From an uncultured Planctomycetota bacterium (lineage in GTDB: Bacteria > Planctomycetota > Planctomycetia > Isosphaerales > Isosphaeraceae): DNA of 64,000 bases. Shown here one piece after another: positions 40,860 through 52,772 of the stretch (its first letter is position 1; every line of letters starts with the position of its first letter). The notes under the pieces are model-generated. The model worked only from the letters and a program-made list of their open reading frames with translations, was not told where the DNA came from and searched no databases. Where the stretch lies: assembly GCA_963845755.1 (NCBI GenBank), contig CAWJTV010000005.1, positions 128,001 through 192,000 on the forward strand. Direction: 5' to 3'. A program made the translations under genes and the position numbers.

Positions 40860-42400
40860 TTACCTCGAGTTGGGCTTGGGATCGCGCTCGCCCAGTGCCG
40901 TGTCAAGGGTCCTTCGCCTCCAGACCCGGTAACACTTCGGATCGAGCGGGAGATCCCCCACCTCTACAAATCCGAGTTCACCGAGATTGCTCTCTCCGAG
41001 CTCGGGCGGTAAGGAAAGATCCACGATGTGATCGGCGTTGAGGATCTCGGTCAGGAGTGGCTCGGGCGGGCGGTTTGGCCAATAACCGTTGACCAGGTGG
41101 GTGTCATATTCTGCGCTGAGATTGAGACCAACATACCCCTTGGCGTAGAACGCGATCGTTGGGTCTTCCGGAGAAATGACCTTGCCCGGCAAGGCTTTGG
41201 CGATGGCTACGGCATTCAGGTATTCACGATCCCATTCGGGTCGGGACGCGATTGGATTGTGGCCACGGGTCATGTGAGGGACGGCAGTCATCAGCATCAG
41301 GAGTGACAGAAAGGATCCCAGGGCCAGGCAGGAGCTCCGGCATGAGGAAGGTTGTTCCATTCGGTCCAGGAGTCGGGGCAAACGGAGAACGCAAAACGTC
41401 ATCATGGCCAACAGTGCGGGCAGCAAGCTATTGGACGCGCCCCCAACTTTCCCGGCCGCTACCGCGCTGAAGGGGATCGTCACCACCAAAACGGCGACCA
41501 CCCACAAGACGCGCGGATCCTTCCGGAGCGATCCTCCATCCAGAACCAGCCATTCCCCGAGCAGGACCAAGAACAGAGGCGAATCGAGCAACAAATCCCA
41601 GAGGCATCGCACGGACCGTACCATGTCGAGAGGAAACGACCGGGGCACGTCGATCATGTAGTGATAGATCGTGGGATTCATCGACCGGAGACCCAGGACC
41701 ACTCCGATCGATACAGCCAGAGGGATAACGCCAGACGGAACTCGGATGCAGTCGGCCGCCGCCAGCGCAGGATCAAGGCCAGCAGTGGGACCACTGCGAA
41801 GATGAAGGCCGTCTGCTTGAAAAAGAAGCCAACGACCAGGGAAGCCGTTCCCACGACGACCCAGTGTCCTCGGCGATTCTCCTGGCCATATCCGAGCAAT
41901 AGTATACCTGCGGAGGCGAACATCAGGGCCGTCATATCAGGCCGATTCTCGGCGAAGTATTGGCCGGAACGGTAGTTCACTCCCAGAATTGCCGCCTCGG
42001 CGATCAGGAGAAACCAGGCAGAACGCCGGCCGCGCATCGTCACCGCGAGGATCGTCACCGCCGTCAATGCCGAGATGAGTGAGAGGATACGTCCCGAAAT
42101 GTTATTCGGCCCGACCCAACGGAAAATCGCCCCCTGGACCCACGGTACCAAGGCCCCGTACATGTGCGTGGAGTGGCCGTTCGGCGAAAGCTCGTAAACT
42201 GGCAATCCCCGGAGGCTCCGCCAGGCATCCAGGACTTCGGTTGCTTCCCATGGGTCCCTTGGCGAGTTCGCGGTCGCCAGGCGGCTGACGCTGTATGCAC
42301 TCAGCAGCACAATCAAGGCCGATGCGAGGAGCAGCGGTGCTCGGGACAGCCAGATCCAGCGTACCAACGTCGGGTTTTCGACAGGATGATCCTTCATCAT
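40860..42400 (-). CDS. GT-C-like polytopic membrane glycosyltransferase (ArnT/PMT-like), frameshift ~41710
   Basis: PWE..E, HMYG, GRILS, RPDM, FFKQT, KVGG.SN; adjacent to the GT2 gene. Confidence 0.65.
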
Positions 42401-42607
42401 GGTGCGACTCAACTCGTCCGTGAGCGAGCTTATCGGGAAACTGCAACGTTGCGCGTCTTCCTATAACCGGATCCTTCCATTCCCGCAAGGGCAGTTGCTT
42501 GGAGAGTGACAGTCGAAATGAAACCTCTCCTGGTATTGCGACGCCCGTCCGAGGTCTACGATCTCCTGAGTCGTCGCCCACTTCCTCCACAAGACACGAG
42601 CCCATTC

Positions 42608-44855
42608 TCAGACCCATCCATGGCGCTTTCGAAGCCACCACTCGATGACCAGGAGGGCAGTAAATATCAGGAGGAACGGCCAGTTGTCATAGACGACGTA
42701 TTCCGAGAGGCTGACGTTCTCGGTGTAAGCCGACCGGTCTAGACCCTTGAGGTAGTTGGTGAGCCGCTCCGGGGCGAGGGCCTCGCCATCGGTAATTGTT
42801 GCGATCTGCTGGGCAAGAGAGCGGTCGGCGGAGGGATTCTCGAGTTCGCGGTCATCCTGGTAGACGAGGAAACGGCCGCTGTCACTGCCGATCTGCTGCC
42901 CGTCCCGACGAGCCACGACCGTGACCGTGTAAGTACCGGGCACACCCACCTGCTCGGTGGCATAAACCGCGCCCTTGCCTTCCTCTCCTTGGTTGTAGAT
43001 CTCGACCGGTCTGGAGACGGGCGGATCGGCCTTGTCGCGCTGGACCTTGGCTTCATAAACGACGTTGGGGATCGACGCCCCCTTGGAGTCGCGGGCTGTG
43101 ACTGTCAATTCGACCTTCTCCCCGACGGCGACCCGGCGGGGGTCGAGGGTCAGCTTGACCTGATTATCCCCCTCGTTCTCCTTGTGTGAAAGCCAGAAAA
43201 CGACCTGCCTCCAGAACTTGCGATGGGCGAGCCGGCTCTCCTCCGAGAATCGGTACCAGACCCATGTGTCGCCGCCGTATGCGATGACACGACCGCCGCC
43301 GACTTCCATATCCACCATCAAGGGCTCGGGATTGGGACCCGGCGTCTCGGCGATGATGTTGGCGCCGATCTTCGGCTCGAACCGGTTCGTCCCGAGGATC
43401 GGAGGCATCATGTCCCAGATCCGAGCGGTCTCGGTCTTGTTGGCGCCGACCTGAAGGACGTAGCTATTGAGACCTTTCGTGTTGGGGACGAACTTGAGGC
43501 CGACTTCCGGCTCGTCCTGCCCGTCGCCGCGATGAATTTGAACGGGGAGGATTGCCGCCAAGGGGGTATCAGCCCATTCGCCGGCTCCGAAGCTGGAGTG
43601 TCCGCCGAGCATCATCAGCCCGGCCCCTTTCTTTACGGCCTCGACCAGCAATCGGTGCTGTGTCGGGGTCAGGTAGTCCGCAGGCAGATCGCTCAGGACG
43701 AAAAGATTGTAGCGGCCGGGTGCGAACTCGGCGTCGTTGACCGAGCCGGCTTGGCCCTGTACGGGCGCCCGGATCAGCACTCCCTCGACCTGAATGTCTC
43801 GCGATCCGGCGAGCGAGCCGCATCATGTACTTGTAATCCCAGGACCAGTTCGAACCTTGGAGGAACAGGACGTTCAGGCCGCCACTCAGGACCGTTACGA
43901 ACGTGCTGATCTCGTTGTTCGTCTTGACGAGTTCGCCGTCCTGAACGGCCACCTTGAGCGTGACCTTCTTCTCGCCGGGTGTCTCGGGTATGAACTCCAG
44001 ACCGGTTATGGGAATGACATCGCCGGTCTCGGGGACCTTCACGCGCTTCTTCGCCACGGCCACCGATTTGTCCTCTACCCATAGCTCGACGTCGAGGGTT
44101 CGGTTGGTGAACCCGTGTGCCTGGAGCGTGCCCCGGACCTCGATCTTGTTCTTGACGAACCCGGTCGAGCTGCTGGCGATGTCGCGCATGCGGAGATCGC
44201 GCGAGCCGGCGCCGGCGGCTCTCGGTTCCCAGGGCGACCGTGACCACGGGAACCCCGTTCCTCTTCATCTGGCGCGCGGCCACCATGGGGTTGACGCCGT
44301 TGTTGGAAGCGAAGTCCGAAAAGACGATCATCCGGGCAACCTTCCGGCCTGTCCCCTCCTGGCGTTTGAAAGCTTCCAGCATCGCCGCGCCAGCGCGCTC
44401 GAGCGCCCCTTGGGCTCGGACTTGGCCATCAAGTCAGCTTCCTTGGGCTCGCCGAGGCTCGCATCGAAAATGTAGACCCTGGCGTCGAGGTCCGGCGAGA
44501 GGGGCTTGGCGGCCTCCATCGCCTTCCCCAGGATCTCGGTCGCGACCATCCACCGCGTCTGGCTCCGGACCTCGTCGGTGAAATTCATGCTGCTGCTGTC
44601 GTCCAGGAGGAAGATCAGTGAGGAGGCTTGCTTCTTCTTCTCCTGGAGGGTGACGGAAGGGCGCAAGGCCGCCAGCAGGCAGAGGAAGATCGCGAGGAGC
44701 CGTAGCGTCAGGGCCACCCATCGCCACCCGCCGCTCGTGCCCCGAAGTCGGCGACGATAGGCCCACAGGGTCATCAACGTCACCGTCCCAATGACTCCGA
44801 CCAAGACCGGCCAGGGGACGATCGGACTCACGCTGACGCTGAATTTCGGAATCAT
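42608..44855 (-). CDS. Membrane-anchored VWA + glutamine-amidotransferase-like protein (three frameshifts)
   Basis: N-terminal TMs, LDDSSSM MIDAS, FSD, GAGLMMLGG..SFG.G.W..TPLA.ILPV, HRKFWRQ, EWWLRKRHG. Confidence 0.8.
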
Positions 44856-45002
44856 GGTGCACTTCCTCCTCGCTTCGCTTCGGAGAGGATGGAGGCTGAA
44901 GGATGGAGGCTGAAAAGGAAAAGTATAGAGTGATCAGTTGTTTAGCATGCTGAAAATCAATTGTTTTTCATGCTTCATTGCTGATCCTTTGCCGAAGGAG
45001 GA

Positions 45003-47224
45003 TCAAGCGACCGCACGAGCCGTGGTCGGCTGCGGGGCTTCCTTGTAAAAGGTGTTGGCCAGGAAGTTCTCCAGGGTGACCACGATCAGGATCAGGAACA
45101 TGAGCCAGGGGAATGCCTCGTAACCGTACCGCGCGAGCGTCTCCTCTTGGACGAACGCCTGTGCGTTCTCGGCCAGGACATAACCATCCTTGCCGAAGAT
45201 TGTGTCGAGGTCGGTCTTCTGCAGGAGGGCGAACTGGCTCTCCTGGTGCGGCGAGTTGAGGCTGAAGCCGAGCGCGACGTTTCGTTTGTCGTCGGTCATC
45301 CCGCTCACGGCCCACTGGCCCGGGAGCTGTGCGTTCGGGATCTCCAGGTACTCATGGCCCGAGGGAACCAGAGAGTCGGTGATCTTCTTGTCCGGAGCGG
45401 TGACGGAAAACCGCGCGATACGCAGGTTGGGATCGAGCTTCAGGAACACGCTCTCGCCGGCCTCGAAGTTGAGCTGTTCGGATCCGGTCCCGGCCATGTA
45501 AGGGACGGTCAGATTCATCAACGCGGTGAAGCACCAGAAGGAGGAACTGGGAAGCTCGTTCCAGGCCTCGGGGTCGGTTCGATACTCTCTGCGCGAGAGC
45601 GGGGTGGTCCAGAGCAGTACGCGCCCGGTCCTGGGGCCCTTGAACGCCCGCTCGATCAGGGCGGGTGCTCCGTCGGCGAAGGTCATCAGCGTGCGCGTGC
45701 CTTCGATCGGCTGAGTCGTCGGCTTGATGGTCCAGTAGCGGAACACCGGGATCTGGGAGAGTTGACTGTCCAGGTCTTTGCCATACCTCGAGAACAGCGG
45801 ATGTTCGACGTCGGTGAGCTTGCCGAAGGAAATATCCGGGTTGATGGTCTTTCGCTTCTCGACCTGCGCCGGCAGGAGTTGGGCGGGAGTCTGGCCGTTG
45901 TAATTCGCGGGATCGCATCGGTTCCCCATTCCCACGACGAGTCCGCCCCCCTGGCGGACATAACCGTTGAGCGCCCCCCAGTCGAAGTCGTTGAGTTGAT
46001 TCACGTTCAGCAGGAACACGCATGAGTAGCCGTCCAGTTTCTCCTTGTCGAGGCGGCTGAAGGCCGAGGACAAGACCAGATCCACCTGGTTCGATCGTGA
46101 GGTCAACGGCGAGGAATCCGGGTCGATCGCGGCGATCACGAACTCGGCGTCGGCCGGGCGATCGTAGATGACCAGGACTTTCAAGGGCGGGCGGATCTTG
46201 AACGAGAAGTACCGGCGATCATCGTCCTCGAGCGGGTCAGGGGTTCCGCTGAGCACGACGTAACCGCGATGAAGGACGTCCTGGGTGAGCTGTGCTGGAG
46301 CGGGAAAGCTGACCTCGACCTGACCGTGAGGCGGGATCGGAATGGTCTTCTCGCCCTTTTTCACATCGTCGAGGTAGAACTCGACCGTCCGGGTTGCCGG
46401 TGGCGCCTGCGAGGCTTCGCTGGACGTGTAATATTGAATGCGAGAACGAATCTCGATCGATTCACCTTGAATGGCCACGCTGTGGGACGGCTCGGCCAGG
46501 TCAACGGAGACGTTATGGATCTCCTCGGGCGTCAGCCGGTATATGAGTGTGGCCATCTTGGCACCTTTGGCCGCCTTGATCTTGGCGACCTTGTCGAGCC
46601 CCTCGGCCGGCTTGTCGGGGTTCCACGCCGTCCGGGCGAGGTCGGTCAGGACATAGACGAGGTGGACCGGCTTGTCGGAGTCGGCGACCGCGCCATAAGC
46701 CTCCCCCACTGCGACGTTCAGCTTCCGGCTGGTGGCATGCGCGGTCAGGCCGTCGATTCGCTTCAGGGCGGCCGCCGGCGATAACCCGGTCACTCCCGGC
46801 TCGAATGAGTCCACGACGAACACCAGGCTCGAATCCGGGAGCTTTTCCACGATTTCGCGCGGCGCTCCTTGGCCTCGTCCAGCCTCGTCTTATCCTTGTC
46901 CTTGTACTTCATGGACAGGCTGGTGTCGAAGACCAGTCCCAGCGCCGTCGGGACCGACTGGTCTCCCAGCGGGACCTGGGAATAGATCCGGGGCCTGGCC
47001 AATGCCAGCGCCATCAACGCCAGCACGGCCATCCTGGCCAGCAGCAACAGCCAGTTCTTTACCCGCATTCGCTTCTTCGACCGGCGCTGACGCTCTCGGA
47101 TCAGGCGTATGGCCGGGAAAATCACATGCTTGGGCGTCTGCCGCATGAACAAGTGGAGGATCACTGGCAGAGCGGCCAGGGCCGCACCCGCCGCCAGGCC
47201 CGCATGCATCAACGACATTTCCAT
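45003..47224 (-). CDS. BatA-domain / VWA protein (frameshift ~46860)
   Basis: ALPVILHL..F PAIRLI..WLLLLARM..LALARP, FDTSLSM, YVRQGGGL, C-terminal TM. Confidence 0.85.
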
Positions 47225-47245
47225 GGCCGGTGGCTCCGTGATCAA

Positions 47246-48143
47246 TCAAGCGCGGCCTTGCCGCGTCAACAAATAGCTCATCAGCGCCTTGTCGAACGGC
47301 ATCCCGGTGTGCAGCGGGACGTAGTCGATACGTGCCCGAACGAAGTCGGTTCGATAGGTCGAGCGGAACCGCTCCACCTCCTCGAGGTAATCGACCTTGA
47401 TCGCATCAGCGTCAACCTCGAGGACCTCGTGTGTTTCGTTGTCTTCCAGCCGCATCATCCCTTGGAAAGGGAACTTGGCTTCGGCTTCATCCAGGATGTG
47501 GAAGATGATGATGTCGTGACCGGAGAAACGTAACCGATGCACTGCCCTGAGGATCGAATCCGTGTCACCCAACAGGTCGCTGAAGATCATGACGAGGCTG
47601 CGATGCCGTAGCATGCCGGCGACCTGATGCAGGCTCGCCTCGATCTCGGTCGTGCCCTCGGGCTTGAGCTTGGCCAGTAGCGAGAGGATGTTGCCGAGCT
47701 GCGAACGCTTGCTCCCGGGCGCCAGGCTCTGGGAGACCTTTCGGTCGAAGGCGATCAGACCGACCGGGTCCTGCTGGTGGATCATCAGGTAGCACAAGGC
47801 CGCCGCCAGACTGATGCTGTATTCGAACTTCGTCAGTTCCTGCCGATAAGTGTAACCCATCGAACCGGATAGGTCCATCACCAGATATCCGGTCAAGTTC
47901 GTCTCAGCCTGGAACTTCTTGATGTAGAACCGATCGGTCTTCGCGAATACGTTCCAGTCGATGTCCGAGATGTTGTCTCCCGCGGTGTACTTACGATGCT
48001 CCGAGAACTCGACCGAGAACCCGTGGAACGGGCTGGCATGCAGACCGGCGATGAAGCCCTCGACGATGAACTTGGCGCAAGTCCAGCCGAGAGACCTGGC
48101 GGATCACTTCGGGTTTTAGGTATTTTTCGGCGTTACCGGCCAT
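47246..48143 (-). CDS. DUF58 (MoxR-associated VWA-like) protein, frameshift ~48075
   Basis: VEGFIAGLHASPFHGFSVEFSEHRKYTAGD..IDWNVFAKTDRFYIKKF, DLSGSM, FSDLL. Confidence 0.9.
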
Positions 48144-48467
48144 GATCAACCCTTCAAGGTTGCGAATTCGGGGCAGATGGTCCACGGATCGAATCGGAGA
48201 GTCAATTCCCGGATCACGCGATGGTTCTGGATATTTCGCAACCCACGATCAATACGCGTTTTTCGCAGATCCGGATCATTCTGTTTAATCCTTCCGAACT
48301 TGTGGACCGACGATCAGTATTCATATCGAGAAGGCTTGCATGCGCGCCACCATTGTTATCGATCAGGGAGTCAGATTGGCTCGTCAGGCTCATTCAGCAG
48401 ATTCGGCGCCCGGTGCTCAGGCTCACTTTTCGGTAAACTCATGCTAATTTGCCCAGTCTGACCAAGA

Positions 48468-48604
48468 TTGGGTTCGTTTTCGCATTTCTGACTCAAACCA
48501 GTCCGATTCTGGGTTCGTTTTCGATTGGGGCCGTCGTCGAATGTAGGTTCGCTTTCTCAATCAGCAATAGCCAAAGCCCGCGGTTGGGTTCGTTCAGCGC
48601 ATTT
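48468..48604 (+). repeat. Array of four spaced (T)GGGTTCGTTT-core repeats
   Basis: TTGGGTTCGTTTTCGCATTT 48468, CTGGGTTCGTTTTCGATT 48509, GTAGGTTCGCTTTCTCAAT 48543, TTGGGTTCGTTCAGCGCATTT 48584. Confidence 0.7.
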
Positions 48605-49232
48605 CGGATTCGATGATCGCAGGATTCTACAACTCGGGATTCTCCATGCCTCCACACCTGCTTCCATTCGGTTTCTCATCTGGTATCACCCCGTACTTCA
48701 GTTGCTTGCGCACCCCGATCGCTCAACGGAAGGTCCGACATTCTTAGATTATACGGACTTCCGATGAATCTGGCACCGAGATCCTGTGATTCCGATGAGA
48801 TGAATCCGATTTGCGGCGCGGATCCCTTCCCGTGGTCGGGACGTTCGATCGATCGGAACCGCAAGGATCAAGTGAACTTGAGTCAACCTAGTCGCGAAGT
48901 GGTTTTCGATTGAGTCGCCGTCGAGTGACAACCTTGCCCGGGTGAGCGTTCCTCACATCATCCATGGTACACAATAGACCCGCTGGTGCTTCGTTGCTCT
49001 TGTCCGGAGCTGGCCTCCTGAACGAAGGCGACAGCACGAGGGACGCAATCATGCTGGCCATCGACTTGGAAGATAACGCGGCTCAGGGAGCGCATGAGAC
49101 CGCTGAGGAACGAGCGATCATCGAGCCCTGAAGACCGGCAAGCCTCAAGGGCCGCCAGTGTTCAGGGTGGGGTTTCGACGCCCGTCAGTCGGCTCGAGAA
49201 TGCGGCCTCGGTCAGGACATAGACTTTCGAGC

Positions 49233-50441
49233 TCAACTCAACAGCCGATCGACCTCGGGGAGCAGAGCGGAGAAGTTGATCTTGTGATGACACGCCTCGC
49301 GCGCGGCGACAAGATCGGCATCCTTCCAGTCCCGTTCTTCTTCGGCCAGCTCGGCGTAGGACTCGCGGGCGACGCCTCGCATCCCATGCGATTCGTAGTA
49401 GGTGTAGAACCGGGCGAGATCTCCGAGCCGGGCCTTGGTCCCTCCGGCGAGCGAGCACCGGCCGTCACAGCCGGGACACATCGTCGGGTTCGAGGCCAGG
49501 ACGGCATCGCGAAGCTCATCGATCTCCGCCTGCTTGAGCGGCTCGAAGCGCCGGACTGCATCGGCATTCTCGCGGATCTGCTCGGTGTTCCGGAGGGTCA
49601 CGCAAGAGGCCGAGAATCGTTCGTCGGTCCAGATCGCCTGGAGCAAGCCCTGGGCCGGGGTCAGCCCTTTGACCTTGATCGAAGGGACATGGTCCGCCGT
49701 GAATTTGGTCTGGCCGGCGAGCTGTTTCATCGAGACCAGGCCGATATTCTTCGCATGGCAGGCGTCGAGGGCCTTGTTGAGCGGGGCATCCTTGTCGAGC
49801 CACGGCGTGTACTTGAGCATGATCACGTCAATAAACCCACCCTCTGCGGCGTTCTGGATCTGCTGGGCGATCTTCTGGTCATGGGTCGAGAAGCCGACGA
49901 ATTTGACCTTGCCGGTCTTCTTGAGGGCCTCGGCCGCTTCTTTCAATTCCTTGCTCTTGGGCCAGTCGGTCTCGGTGGACTTGAGGCCGTGGAAGAAGAG
50001 GAGGTCGATATAGTCAGTCTTGAGGGCGGCGAGCCGCTGATCCAGCTTCTTGAGCATGTCAGACGGGGTATTCACATGGCTCTTGGTCGCCAGGAATATC
50101 GATTTGCGGACCTCCGGCATGGCCGTCAGCCAATCGCCAATGACTTTCTCGGAATTCTTGTACCCTTCGGCGGTGTCGAAGTACCGGACACCTTCGAGGT
50201 AGGAAGCACGGAGCAGGCGGTTGAGCCCGGCGGGTTCGCCGACGGTCCCGTGGTTGAGCAGAGTCACCTCGACGCCCGTGTTGCCTAACTTCCGCTTCGG
50301 CAAGATGGGGTTGTGATTTCCCGCCTTGGGCTCCTGCGCGGCCGCGTTGCCGGCGACCAGACCGGTGGTCGCCGCCGTTGCCACCATGCCCGCCTGGAGG
50401 AACACCCGGCGATCCATGGGACTGGAATGCGGTTCGTTCAT
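49233..50441 (-). CDS. Aldo/keto reductase with Tat-like N terminus and a C-terminal Cys cluster
   Basis: MDRRVFLQAG; RKLGNTG, FDTAEGY, LATKS, TDYIDLLFFH, GFSTH; CPGCDGRC...C. Confidence 0.9.
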   Translation of the reverse strand: MNEPHSSPMDRRVFLQAGMVATAATTGLVAGNAAAQEPKAGNHNPILPKRKLGNTGVEVTLLNHGTVGEPAGLNRLLRASYLEGVRYFDTAEGYKNSEKVIGDWLTAMPEVRKSIFLATKSHVNTPSDMLKKLDQRLAALKTDYIDLLFFHGLKSTETDWPKSKELKEAAEALKKTGKVKFVGFSTHDQKIAQQIQNAAEGGFIDVIMLKYTPWLDKDAPLNKALDACHAKNIGLVSMKQLAGQTKFTADHVPSIKVKGLTPAQGLLQAIWTDERFSASCVTLRNTEQIRENADAVRRFEPLKQAEIDELRDAVLASNPTMCPGCDGRCSLAGGTKARLGDLARFYTYYESHGMRGVARESYAELAEEERDWKDADLVAAREACHHKINFSALLPEVDRLLS

Positions 50442-50702
50442 GTCTCGGTTCTCCTCGACGCCTGGAACGGAACTTGACAAAACACCCGTCTCCCCCGCAG
50501 AAATATGGAGGTGCCGCAATCTTAAACGATTAGAGTTAACAATTCACTCGAGTGCCGCCCTGATTCATCGCAGTTAAGGGCGCACTCGGTTCCCTGCCGG
50601 ACGGCGCTGAATTACGTCACGCCGCTACGCGGTTCGGTTCAAGACCGTGGTGGTCACCAGCGTGGAGGTCACCCTCGAAGAAGGACGATGGAAGGAGGAT
50701 CC

Positions 50703-51719
50703 ATGGCGGTCATGCGTGTCGCTCAGGTCTCCCGCGCAAAGGGGCCCTTTGAGATTGTGGAGCGGCCGATACCGGAGCCCGGTGCCGGCTCGGTACGGAT
50801 CAAGGTGCAAGCGTGCGGCGTCTGCCACAGCGATTCACTTACGAAGGAGGGGGGCTTCCCGGGTCTTCAATACCCGCGGGTTCCCGGCCACGAGGTGACC
50901 GGGGTGATCGATTCCGTCGGTCCTGGTGTCGCCGGGTGGCAGGCGGGCCAGAAGGTGGGCGTGGGTTGGAATGGCGGCTATTGCGGGTATTGTGACCCGT
51001 GCCGCCGCGGTGAATTCTTCGCCTGCGTGCGAGGGCAGGTTACCGGCGTCACCTATGACGGCGGCTACGGTGAGTACCTGGTCGCACCGGCCAGCGCGGT
51101 CGCGCTCATGCCCGCAAACTTGTCACCGGTCGAGGCGGCACCGCTGATGTGTGCCGGTCTCACCACGTTCAACGCGCTGCGGAACAGCGGGGCGCGGCCG
51201 GGCGATGTCGTCGCCGTACTCGGGTTGGGCGGTCTCGGCCACCTGGGCGTCCAGTACGCCGCGAGAATGGGTTTTCATACCGTCGGCATCGCTCGAGGGA
51301 CGGACAAAGAGCCGCTCGCCCGCCAGCTCGGGGCCTCGGTCTACATCGATAGCCAGGTGCAGGACCCGGCGGCGGAACTCATCAAGCTGGGAGGTGCCAG
51401 GGTGATCCTGGCAACGGCGACCAGCGGGGACGCGATGAGCGCCGTCCAGGGCGGCCTGGCTGTCAACGGCACGCTGCTGATCGTCGGGGCAGCCGAGTCG
51501 ATGCAAATCTCTCCCCTGCCGATGATCATGGGGTGCCGCTCGGTCAAGGGTTGGTATTCCGGGACCTCGATCGACTCGCAGGACACGCTCGCGTTCAGCC
51601 AGCGGACCGGCGTTCGATCGATGAACGAGATCTATCCGCTCGACCGGGTCTCCGAGGCTTACGATCGGATGATGAGCGGAAAGGCGCGGTTTCGAGTGGT
51701 CCTGACGATCGGGGAGTAG
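50703..51719 (+). CDS. Zinc-dependent alcohol dehydrogenase
   Basis: CGVCHSD, PGHE, CGYCDPC...C, GLGGLG, ARFRVVL. Confidence 0.95.
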   Translation: MAVMRVAQVSRAKGPFEIVERPIPEPGAGSVRIKVQACGVCHSDSLTKEGGFPGLQYPRVPGHEVTGVIDSVGPGVAGWQAGQKVGVGWNGGYCGYCDPCRRGEFFACVRGQVTGVTYDGGYGEYLVAPASAVALMPANLSPVEAAPLMCAGLTTFNALRNSGARPGDVVAVLGLGGLGHLGVQYAARMGFHTVGIARGTDKEPLARQLGASVYIDSQVQDPAAELIKLGGARVILATATSGDAMSAVQGGLAVNGTLLIVGAAESMQISPLPMIMGCRSVKGWYSGTSIDSQDTLAFSQRTGVRSMNEIYPLDRVSEAYDRMMSGKARFRVVLTIGE

Positions 51720-51749
51720 TCAAGAGAAGGCGGAAACGGCCCGATCGAC

Positions 51750-52415
51750 TCAGTAGAGGAACGGCAGCAGCCGCCAGGTGCGCCGACGATAGTCGGCGTA
51801 TCGCTCTCCGAACTCGGACTCGAGCAGGGCCTCCTCGGAGTTCATGCGCACGACGAGCGGCGGGATCAGCAGGAGTGAGACGAGGACGCCGATCGCGCTG
51901 CGGAAGACCAGTGCCCACCCGAAGAGGCCCAGCAGCAGCCCGAGGTAGCTGGGATGGCGGATCATGCGATAAAGTCCGCCGGTCACGAGCTCGTGGCCTT
52001 CCTGGATCGCCACCAGACCGCTGAACCGACGACCCAGAACGAAGACGGGCACCAGCCGAAGGACGCACCCGACAACGAACAGTGCCAGGCCGAGATAGCG
52101 CACCCGATCGCCATCGATCGCCCAGATTTCGCGGCGGTCGGTGTAAGCCGGCAGCCACGCGAGGAGAAAGCCGAGGACCAGGAAGGGCAGGAAGATCCAA
52201 CGATTCCGAGTGTCTTCGCGCCGGCCGCTCGAGATATTGCCACGGGTGAACAACGCCGCGATCGAGGCGACCACGATCGCAACGACGGCCCCGGCCCGCG
52301 CGGGGTGTGCCATGAAAGCGGCCCAGCCGCCCCAGCCCCAGACCGCCAGACCGGTATAGAGCGCCAGGTTCGCCGCAGTGATGAGCATCATGCCCCACTT
52401 CGGCAAGGGTTTCAT
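51750..52415 (-). CDS. Isoprenylcysteine carboxyl methyltransferase family membrane protein
   Basis: LGRRFS, HELVTGGLYRMIRHPSYLG, EEALL..FGERY.DY. Confidence 0.9.
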   Translation of the reverse strand: MKPLPKWGMMLITAANLALYTGLAVWGWGGWAAFMAHPARAGAVVAIVVASIAALFTRGNISSGRREDTRNRWIFLPFLVLGFLLAWLPAYTDRREIWAIDGDRVRYLGLALFVVGCVLRLVPVFVLGRRFSGLVAIQEGHELVTGGLYRMIRHPSYLGLLLGLFGWALVFRSAIGVLVSLLLIPPLVVRMNSEEALLESEFGERYADYRRRTWRLLPFLY

Positions 52416-52550
52416 CGTTCCGGATCTCCATAGGTTGTAAAATCGCCCCACGAACTCGGGACGTATCCCGAGTCGATTCGCCCGCGGATCGTCGTTATTT
52501 GGGGAGAGAGCCAGGATGCACCTAACGCGGCCTTCGGCCGCAACCGAAGA

Positions 52551-52623
52551 GGAATTCCTGATTCGAGATTCCCGATTCCGGAACGGTCTCCATCGGAAAT
52601 CTGGAATGTGGAATTGGGAATTC
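52551..52623. repeat. Inverted heptamer arrays (GATTCCC/GATTCGA vs GGAAT units)
   Basis: GGAATTCCTGATTCGAGATTCCCGATTCCG ... CGGAAATCTGGAATGTGGAATTGGGAATTC. Confidence 0.6.
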
Positions 52624-52772
52624 TCAAGATGCGCGGCATGGCGCAGGGGATCCTACGGAGGAAGACTCGAACGGCTCGCACGTCCTCGACCGACCGTTCG
52701 CTGCTTCTCGCCCGATCGCTCCGGTCGTATACTGCCGTTTCATCGATCGCCGTCCATCCCGGGAGATTCCGA

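Noticed and set aside
48468..48604. Mini-CRISPR
   Set aside because: Repeats are too short and degenerate, spacers ~15-22 bp, no leader or cas genes.
49123..49140. Cobalamin-riboswitch B12-box-like GAGCCCTGAAGACCGGCA
   Set aside because: Upstream conserved elements are absent and there is no downstream gene on that strand.
49158..50288. 376-aa plus-strand ORF
   Set aside because: Antisense to the clearly recognisable aldo/keto reductase.
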